Assembly (NCBI RefSeq): GCF_006345805.1
Contig: NW_021825062.1
Span: 1-15,835, forward strand
Reading direction: 5' to 3'
DNA from: Octopus sinensis
Taxonomy: Eukaryota
Length of the DNA stretch: 15,835 nucleotides
Of the stretch, positions 8,005 through 15,835 are shown piece after piece. Under the pieces are notes generated by a model. That model had not been told where the DNA came from, made no database searches, and saw only the letters and a program-made list of their open reading frames with translations. How positions within the stretch are numbered: the first letter of the stretch is position 1; each line of letters opens with the position of its first letter. Position numbers and translations under genes: made by a program.

Positions 8005-10980
8005 TACGATGTCCTCGACTTACATGATGAGGTCCTTAAAACCTTCCCCCCAAAAAAATAAAAAAAATTTTTCTGCATTTTGGTTAAATGAACAACTACA
8101 ATGTCCTCGACTTACATGATGAAGTCCTTAAAACCTTCCCCCCCAAAAAAATTAAAAAAAATTTTTCTGCATTTTGGTTAAAATGAACAACTACAATGTC
8201 CTCGACTTACATGATGAAGTCCTTAAAACCTTCCCCCCCAAAAAAATTAAAAAAAAATTTTCTGCTGCATTTTGGTTAAAATGAACAACTACAATGTCCT
8301 CGACTTACATGATGAAGTCCTTAAAACCTTCCCCCCCAAAAAAATTAAAAAAAATTTTCTGCATTTGGTTAAAATGAACAACTACAATGTCCTCGACTTA
8401 CATGATGAAGTCCTTAAAACCTTCCCCCCCCAAAAAAAATTAAAAAAAAATTTTCTCTGCATTTTGGTTAAAATGAACAACTACAATGTCCTCGACTTAC
8501 ATGATGAAGTCCTTAAAACCTTCCCCCCAAAAAAATTAAAAAAAAATTTTCTGCATTTTGGTTAAAATGAACAACTACAATGTCCTCGACTTACATGATG
8601 AAGTCCTTAAAACCTTCCCCCCAAAAAAATTAAAAAAAATTTTCTGCATTTTGGTTAAAATGAACAACTACAATGTCCTCGACTTACATGATGAAGTCCT
8701 TAAAACCTTCCCCCCCAAAAAAATTAAAAAAAATTTTCTGCATTTGGTTAAAATGAACAACTACAATGTCCTCGACTTACATGATGAAGTCCTTAAAACC
8801 TTCCCCCCCAAAAAAATTAAAAAAAATTTTCTGCATTTTGGTTAAAATGAACAACTACAATGTCCTCGACTTACATGATGAAGTCCTTAAAACCTTCCCC
8901 CCCCAAAAAAAATTAAAAAAAATTTTTCTGCATTTTGGTTAAAATGAACAACTACAATGTCCTCGACTTACATGATGAAGTCCTTAAAACCTTCCCCCCC
9001 AAAAAAATTAAAAAAAATTTTCTGCATTTTGGTTAAAATGAACAACTACAATGTCCTCGACTTACATGATGAAGTCCTTAAAACCTTCCCCCCCAAAAAA
9101 AATTAAAAAAAATTTTCTGCATTTTGGTTAAAATGAACAACTACAATGTCCTCGACTTACATGATGAAGTCCTTAAAAACCTTCCCCCCCAAAAAATTAA
9201 AAAAAAAATTTTCTGCATTTTGGTTAAAATGAACAACTACAATGTCCTCGACTTACATGATGAAGTCCTTAAAACCTTCCCCCCCAAAAAATTAAAAAAA
9301 ATTTTCTGCATTTTGGTTAAAATGAACAACTACAATGTCCTCGACTTACATGATGAAGTCCTTAAAACCTTCCCCCCCAAAAAAAATTAAAAAAAATTTT
9401 CTGCATTTTGGTTAAAATGAACAACTACAATGTCCTCGACTTACATGATGAAGTCCTTAAAACCTTCCCCCCCAAAAAAATTAAAAAAAATTTTCTGCAT
9501 TTTGGTTAAAATGAACAACTACAATGTCCTCGACTTACATGATGAAGTCCTTAAAACCTTCCCCCCCCAAAAAAATTAAAAAAAAATTTTCTGCATTTTG
9601 GTTAAAATGAACAACTACAATGTCCTCGACTTACATGATGAAGTCCTTAAAACCTTCCCCCCCAAAAAATTAAAAAAAATTTTCTGCATTTTGGTTAAAA
9701 TGAACAACTACAATGTCCTCGACTTACATGATGAAGTCCTTAAAACCTTCCCCCCCAAAAAAATTAAAAAAAAATTTTCTGCATTTTGGTTAAAATGAAC
9801 AACTACAATGTCCTCGAGTTACATGATGAAGTCCTTAAAACCTTCCCCCCAAAAAAATTAAAAAAAAATTTTCTGCATTTTGGTTAAAATGAACAACTAC
9901 AATGTCCTCGACTTACATGATGAAGTCCTTAAAACCTTCCCCCCCAAAAAAATTAAAAAAAATTTTCTGCATTTTGGTTAAAATGAACAACTACAATGTC
10001 CTCGACTTACATGATGAAGTCCTTAAAACCTTCCCCCCCAAAAAAATTAAAAAAAAATTTTCTGCATTTTGGTTAAAATGAACAACTACAATGTCCTCGA
10101 CTTACATGATGAAGTCCTTAAAACCTTCCCCCCCAAAAAATTAAAAAAAATTTTCTGCATTTTGGTTAAAATGAACAACTACAATGTCCTCGACTTACAT
10201 GATGAAGTCCTTAAAACCTTCCCCCCAAAAAAAATTAAAAAAAATTTTCTGCATTTTGGTTAAAATGAACAACTACAATGTCCTCGACTTACATGATGAA
10301 GTCCTTAAAACCTTCCCCCCCAAAAAAATTAAAAAAAAATTTTCTGCATTTTGGTAAAATGAAAAACTACAATGTCCTCGACTTACATGATGAAGTCCTT
10401 AAAACCTTCCCCCCCAAAAAAAATTAAAAAAAAATTTTCTGCATTTTGGTTAAAATGAACAACTACAATGTCCTCGACTTACATGATGAAGTCCTTAAAA
10501 CCTTCCCCCCCAAAAAAATTAAAAAAAAATTTCTGCATTTTGGTTAAAATGAACAACTACAATGTCCTCGACTTACATGATGAAGTCCTTAAAACCTTCC
10601 CCCCCAAAAAATTAAAAAAAATTTTCTGCTTTTGGTTAAAATGAACAACTACAATGTCCTCGACTTACATGATGAAGTCCTTAAAACCTTCCCCCCCAAA
10701 AAAAATTAAAAAAAAATTTTCTGCATTTTGGTTAAAATGAACAACTACAATGTCCTCGACTTACATGATGAAGTCCTTAAAACCTTCCCTCCCAAAAAAA
10801 ATTAAAAAAAAATTTTCTGCATTTTGGTTAAAATGAACAACTACAATGTCCTCGACTTACATGATGAAGTCCTTAAAACAAAACCTTCCCCCCAAAAAAT
10901 CAAAAAATTATTTTCTGCATTTTGATTAAATGAACAACGCGAATGTCCTCGACATTCATGATGAGGTCCATTAAAACCTT
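8005..10980 (+). repeat. Minisatellite array, about 32 head-to-tail units of ~94-95 bp, inside Helitron A
   Basis: Unit is AAAATGAACAACTACAATGTCCTCGACTTACATGATGAAGTCCTTAAAACCTT-C(6-8)-A(6-8)-TT-A(7-9)-TTTTCTGCATTTTGGTT. There are 31 unit ATGs from 8088 to 10930 (mean spacing 94.7), plus a partial first unit. Internal differences are almost all homopolymer length. Confidence 0.97.
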
Positions 10981-11323
10981 CAAGGCAAAACTCACGTATT
11001 AAGAATATCCTTGATGAAAACGACAGCGAGAATATTAACAATGATGAATTCCCAATTATTCGCGATAGAAATTCAATTCATCCTATGTTTTTCTCTTTAA
11101 AATTAAATGCATATTCATTATCGACCATGAATCAAATTAAAGCTATTATCATATTTGACTTTGACAGAATGTGCATCACAGATTGCACGACTTTGAATAG
11201 AGTGTGCAATTAACAGATTTTGAAAAACACTTTGATAGTTGAAACCACATTAGCACAACCATTAACACAATTTACCACCAATTGACAGCGCAATCAGAAG
11301 AATTTGCGTAAAAATATTAACTA

Positions 11324-11359
11324 CTAGCTCAGCAGTTCGCTTCGCTCACTGCGAGCTAG
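11324..11359 (-). terminator. Helitron 3' terminal hairpin and CTAG of copy B
   Basis: Element strand reads CTAGCTC-GCAGT-GAGCGAAGCGA-ACTGC-T-GAGCTAG, a 12-bp stem with one bulge and GCGAAGC in the loop, followed by host T. Confidence 0.85.
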
Positions 11360-11452
11360 CTCCTGCGGAGGCCCTGCTCGCTACGCTCGCAGTTTCCTTA
11401 AATAACTATAAATTTATGTAGATATATAAATGCGACCTGCTTTGATATAACC

Positions 11453-12902
11453 TTATTCTAAGGCCTGTGGATAAACGATGTTTGCAGTCCGTCCATCCTT
11501 GGCAAATATAAATAAATTTTCTCTTCTACCTACCCTTGAGCACCCCACATACAGCTGGCCATGTGAAAAGCACTCGTTCTCTAAAATAAGCCTACTACCT
11601 TAAAGACTGTCCCTGGGCCTTGTTTATTGTCATAGCAAAACTTATCTTCAGCGGAAATTGTAGTCTCTTAAATCTAAAAGGTAATTCTTTCCCGAAATCA
11701 GAGGTATTCGTGGGATAATAACATCCTCACCTCTGTAATTACCTGTTAATATTGTCGCTTCTATTACGTTAGCCATCAATTTCTTGATAACCAACCTTGT
11801 ACCATTGCATAATTTAGGTGGCGCTAGATTGCGGAGTAACACAACCGGTACACCTATTTTTAATTTCAATAGATGATTCGGCATTCCAGATGGATCTAAG
11901 GAATTTAAAAATTCTACAGGATATTCGCAGGCCCTTTCATGGTCCATAATAACGTCGACCGATTTATATATTCTTTCTCTGCCAGGGATTTTCATTAATA
12001 AATCTAAATTTATATTAAGTACCTCATCATTAAGTGGAGCTAATATAGCTCGTTCACGCAGCCAGTCGAAATTCACGTAGTGTTCAGATAGTTCGGAATA
12101 GACGGCATTCAATAATTCTTCTGCTGTTTCTACGAAAATACATAATTCTTCCGGTAGCCTAATTTTCTGGTCTTGCATTTCTGAAGTGATTGCCCCATTT
12201 CCAATATCTAGAAGGATTTGTGGGAATATGCTATTAACGCCTTGTAAATGTGCACGTACATTTACATCTAAGCTTACCTTTTTCACGTGTGTCCACAAAT
12301 ATGACGATTTGAGGCAGGCATTCAATTCATCCGCAGGCGTCCCTCTTTGAATAATTGGCAGCGTCTGTCTAAAATCACCTGCCAATACAACTATTGCTCC
12401 CCCAAATAAATGGTCGCTACAATTCTTGATATCTCTATATGTTCGATCAAACTGCTTCGAATGCGCCTTTATGAGCCATCGTACATTCATCCCAAACAAT
12501 TAACCTAGAATGCATAATTCTATTACCCGTAGTTGAATTTTTTTTTACATTACAAACCGGTTCAGTAGTATATGAGAGATTCAACGGAATGTTGAATGTC
12601 GAATGTGCGGTTCGACCGCCATCTAAAAGAGTTGCAGCAATTCCAGAAGATGCAACTGCTAAAGCTAGTTTATTTTCGCTTCTGACCTTAGCTAATAATA
12701 GATTTAGAAGATAGGTCTTACCTGTTCCACCCGGTGCATCAATAAAAATGATAGAACCGTTTTCTTCTTGGATGACTCGATTAATTTCTCTGTATACCTC
12801 CAACTGGCCAGTGGTTAAGCTTTGTTCTCTTTCTTCCACTATTGTTCGAAGTTCTTCTAAATTATAATGCTCATCAAATGAATTAATATTATGAATATCG
12901 CT
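11453..12902 (-). pseudogene. Helitron PIF1-family helicase, 5'-truncated RepHel fragment (~480 codons) with four frameshifts
   Basis: Motifs in order: DAPGGTGKT (Walker A), ASSGIAA, GRTAHS, IVWDECTM (Walker B), [44 protein letters not shown]. Frame breaks lie near 12449-12451, 11688-11693, 11600-11601 and 11583-11586. No HUH Rep domain upstream, and coding similarity stops at the A-rich tract at ~12902. Confidence 0.93.
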
Positions 12903-13417
12903 TTTTTTCTTTTTTTTATTTTCTTTTTTTTGGCTTTATTTTCTTTTTTTTATTTGTTAACTTTTTATATTGATTTTTTCGTTTGTTTTCTTTGTAATTT
13001 CCTTTTTTTTCTTTTTGAATTTTTTCTTATTTTTGTTTTTTATTGTGTTTTTTATTTTCTTTTTATTTTTTTAATTTTTTTTCTTTTTTCATTTATTTTT
13101 TAATTTTTTTTATTTTTTGAATTTTTTTTGTTTTTATTTTTTTATTTTTTTATTTTTGTTTTTTATTGTGTTTTTATTTTTTATTCTTTTTTTTTGTGTT
13201 TTATTTACTTTTTTTGATTTTTTGTTTTATTTTCTTTTTTTTATTTATAAGTTTTTTTTCTTTTTTTGTTTATTTTCTTTTTAATTTTTTAAGTTTTTTT
13301 TCTTTTTTTTATTTTCTTTTTTGTTGGGCTTTATTTTCTTTTTTTTTTATTTGTTAACTTTTTATATTTGATTTTTCGTTTTTCTTTGTACTTTCCTTTT
13401 TTTTTTTTTTTTTATTT
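12903..13417. repeat. T-rich (A-rich on the element strand) low-complexity tract inside Helitron B
   Basis: Almost entirely T with scattered A/C/G. An internal ~55-bp duplication lies at ~12932-12985 and ~13328-13380. A much shorter equivalent is present in copy A (~15335-15431). Confidence 0.9.
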
Positions 13418-13432
13418 GGGTGAGATGGGGGG

Positions 13433-13726
13433 AAATGCGGAAATGCGGCAGGCGAGATGCGGCAGGCAGAGATGCGGCAGGCAGAGATCGGCAGGCGGAA
13501 ATGCGGCAGGCAGAGATGCGGCAGGCAGAGATGCGGCAGGCAGAGATGCGGCAGGCAGAGATGCGGCAGGTAGAGATGCGGCAGGCAGAAAGCGACAGGC
13601 AAGAAAGCGACAGGCAAGAAGCGACACATAAAAAAGCAAACGGCAAAGAAAGCGACACACCACAAAAGCGACAGGCAAGAAGCGACACACAAAAAAGCGA
13701 CAGGCAAGAAAGCGACACACAAAAAA
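13433..13726. repeat. GC-rich 15-bp minisatellite (GAGATGCGGCAGGCA x ~10) grading into a related unit (AAAGCGACAGGCAAG / GCGACACAC)
   Basis: Direct reading. Only a single degenerate remnant is present in copy A (~15285-15333). Confidence 0.92.
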
Positions 13727-13779
13727 GATTTGATTAATTACCTTATTAAGCTGACCGTTTTTTCTTCAGCTTCGTTTTT

Positions 13780-13994
13780 CCTCCTTCGGTTATCTATTAA
13801 AAAAATTATTTTTGAATAATAAAAAAGTTAGGATAAGAGGCATACCGAAAATAAATTCTATCTTTACGAAAAACTTCTTTTCTTAAGGTCGTCTTCCCTC
13901 CTTCGGTTATCTATTGAAAAAATTATTTTTGAATAATAAAAAAGTTTAGGAAAAGAGGAATACCGAAAATAAATTCAATCTTTACGAAAAACTT
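13780..13994. repeat. Tandem duplication with ~117-bp period inside Helitron B
   Basis: CCTCCTTCGGTTATCTATT...TCTTTACGAAAAACTT occurs at 13780-13876 and 13897-13994. Copy A has one unit (~15131-15225, inverted). Confidence 0.88.
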
Positions 13995-14047
13995 AACTAA
14001 ATAGGTAATATTTTTACGCAAATTCTTCTGATTGCGCTGTCAATGGG

Positions 14048-14231
14048 TGGTAAATTGTGTTAATGATTGTCCTAATGTGGTTTCAACTATCAAAGTGTTT
14101 TTCAAAATCTGTTAATTGCACACTCTATTCAAGGTCGTGCGTCCAATTTGTGGTAAATTGTGTTAATGATTGTGCTAATTGGTTTCAACTATCAAAGTGG
14201 TTTTTCAAAATCTGTTAATTGCACACTCTAT
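14048..14231. repeat. Tandem duplication with ~102-bp period inside Helitron B
   Basis: GTGGTAAATTGTGTTAATGATTGT...TGCACACTCTAT occurs at ~14048-14128 and ~14150-14231. It is single in copy A (~11198-11280). Confidence 0.85.
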
Positions 14232-14407
14232 GATAATAGCTTTAATTTTGATTCATGGTCGTTAATGATATATGCATTTATTTTTAAAGAGAAAAACATA
14301 GGATGAATTGAATTTCTTTATCGCGAATAATTGGGAGTTCATCATTGTTAATATTCTCGCTGTCGTTTTCATCAAGGATATTCTTAATACGTGAGATTTT
14401 TGCCTGG

Positions 14408-15013
14408 AAAGTTTTAATGGACCTCATCATGAATGTCGAGGACATCCGCGTTGTTCATTTTAATCAAAATGCAGAAAATAATTTTTTGATTTTTTGGCGA
14501 GGTTTTAAGGACCTCATCATGTAAGTCGAGGACATCGTAGTTGTTCATTTTAACCAAAATGCAGAAAATTTTTTTTTAATTTTTTTGGGGGGGAAGGTTT
14601 TAAGGACCTCATCATGTAAGTCGAGGACATCGTAGTTGTTCATTTTAACCAAAATGCAGAAAATTTTTTTTTTATTATTTTTTTGGGGGGGAAGGTTTTA
14701 AGGACCTCATCATGTAAGTCGAGGACATCGTAGTTATTCATTTTAACCAAAATGCAGAAAATTTTTTTTAATTTTTTTGGGGGGGAAGGTTTTAAGGACT
14801 TCATCATGTAAGTCGAGGACATTGTAGTTGTTCATTTTAACCAAAATGCAGAAAATTTTTTTTTTATTTTTTTGGGGGGAAGGTTTTAAGGACCTCATCA
14901 TGTAGTCGAGGACATTGTAGTTGTTCATTTTAACCAAAATGCAGAAAATTTTTTTTTTATTTTTTTGGGGGGAAGGTTTTAAGGACCTCATCATGTAAGT
15001 CGAGGACATCGTA
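14408..15013 (-). repeat. Short array (~7 cores) of the same ~94-bp minisatellite in Helitron B
   Basis: Reverse complement of the 8005-10980 unit, with seven GTCGAGGAC cores. It ends in the same degenerate terminal unit as copy A. Confidence 0.95.
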
Positions 15014-15035
15014 TTGCCAATTTGAAGTTGGTGTG

Positions 15036-15100
15036 CACACACAGACAGACAGACAGACACCACAGACAGACACACAGACAGACAGACAGACAGACACACA
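15036..15100 (-). repeat. (GTCT)n/(GT)n microsatellite near the 5' end of Helitron B
   Basis: (AGAC)n on the plus strand, the mirror of 7917-7979. Confidence 0.95.
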
Positions 15101-15432
15101 CCATACCATTTTATTATTAAGATTTACTTGAGTTTTTCGTAAAGATAGAATTTATTTTCGGTATGCCTCTTTTCCTAAACTTTTTATTATTCAAAAATAA
15201 TTTTTTAAATAGATACCGAAGGAGAAAAACGAAGCTGAAGAAAAAACGGTCAGCTTAATAAGGTAATTAATTAAATCTTTTTTGTGTGTCGCTTTCTTGC
15301 CCCGCATCTCCCCCTGCCCCATTTTGCCGCCAGTAAAAAACAAAAAATAAAAAAAGAAAAAAAAGGAAATTACAAGGAAAAATGAAAAAATTAAATATAA
15401 AAAAAATAGACCACAAAAAATGAAAAAAAAAG

Positions 15433-15621
15433 TTTGCAATGACAATAAACAAGGCCCAGGGACAGTCATTAAAGGTTGTTGGGTTATTTTTAGAGAGTGA
15501 GTGCTTTTCACATGGACAGCTGTATGTGGGATGCTCGAGGGTAGGCAGAAGAGAAAATTTATTCATATATGCCAAGGAAGGACGGACGACAAACATCGTT
15601 TATCAACAGGCGATAGAATAG
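15433..15621 (+). pseudogene. C-terminal 62 codons of the Helitron PIF1 helicase (motifs V-VI) in copy A
   Basis: [62 protein letters not shown]. About 1.27 kb of upstream helicase present in copy B is deleted here. Confidence 0.9.
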
Positions 15622-15697
15622 GGTTACATTAAACCAGGTAGTTTTATACATCTACATAAACTTATAGTTGTTTGATGAAACAGGCCCTCCGCAGGAG

Positions 15698-15733
15698 CTA
15701 GGTCGCGGTGAGCGAAGCGAGCTGCCGAGCTAG
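15698..15733 (+). terminator. Helitron 3' terminal hairpin and CTAG of copy A
   Basis: CTAGGTCGCGGT-GAGCGAAGCGA-GCTGCCGAGCTAG followed by T. Same fold as in copy B, with one mismatch and two G-T pairs. Confidence 0.83.
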
Positions 15734-15835
15734 TAACAAATAACTTTTATTGTTGCTCTGCAGCCTGAATATTTTATCAGTTCACAAAGAACCTGTGACA
15801 TCAAGGAGTATATTAATTTAAAAAGTGGATCAGTT

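Larger units (their letters stand above)
7889..11323 (+). mobile_element. Helitron copy A, 5' part (non-autonomous), interrupted by copy B
   Basis: Begins A|TCTTAATAATAAAATGG (host A, then 5'-TC), followed by (GTCT)n, the 94-bp array and ~340 bp of unique sequence. It is collinear with the reverse complement of 14000-15122. Confidence 0.88.
11324..15122 (-). mobile_element. Helitron copy B, complete termini, ~3.8 kb, Rep-less with PIF1 helicase fragment, nested in copy A in the opposite orientation
   Basis: On the minus strand it starts A|TCTTAATAATAAAATGG (15123|15122) and ends hairpin-GAGCTAG|T (11324|11323). Removing it rejoins copy A seamlessly at an AT site. Confidence 0.92.
15123..15733 (+). 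mobile_element. Helitron copy A, 3' part
   Basis: Continues copy A exactly where it was interrupted and is collinear with the reverse complement of 13990 to 13380 and 11640 to 11324. Ends GAGCTAG|T at 15733|15734. Confidence 0.9.

Noticed and set aside
8272-10263. ORFs repeating MNNYNVLDLHDEVLKTFPPKK
   Set aside because: They arise from translating the minisatellite. Frames open and close with homopolymer length, so they are not annotated as CDS.
8005-10980. CRISPR-like array (regular repeats with a palindromic core)
   Set aside because: Units are contiguous and the intervening sequence is identical apart from homopolymer length. There are no unique spacers or cas genes, and the context is eukaryotic.
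12903-13726. SVA/SINE-like retroposon (VNTR plus poly-A tail)
   Set aside because: No target-site duplication. The same modules occur in reduced form at the same position in copy A, so they are part of the Helitron.
12891-13737. Phe-rich ORFs and CLPHL/AEMRQ/GRDAA repeat ORFs
   Set aside because: Translations of the T-rich tract and 15-bp minisatellite, open in several frames on both strands because of low complexity.
7889-15123. One foldback or TIR element with very long terminal inverted repeats
   Set aside because: The inverted arms are the 5' ends of two Helitron copies. The reconstructed empty site and the second 3' end at 15733 explain the arrangement, and there is no TSD.

Overview
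Eukaryotic (animal) genomic DNA, not prokaryotic. 219-5014 (+) is a divergent JIP3/JIP4-family scaffold gene (MAPK8IP3/SPAG9/UNC-16/Sunday driver). I spliced it by hand through 20 very short GT-AG introns (17/20-57 nt, median 26) into about 1409 aa, including an inserted 9 x ~35-aa tandem repeat. Such micro-introns point to a compacted animal genome such as a myxozoan or dicyemid (inference). 5000-7888 holds AT-rich DNA with a deleted hAT/Buster remnant, a pogo-like DDE remnant and a short GC3-rich orphan ORF. 7889-15733 is one Helitron (copy A, + strand) with a second copy of the same family (copy B, - strand, 11324-15122) inserted into it at an AT dinucleotide with no target-site duplication. 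The family lacks a Rep domain. It carries a (GTCT)n microsatellite, a ~94-bp minisatellite (about 32 units in A, about 7 in B), other tandem modules and a PIF1-helicase fragment. All counts are manual.
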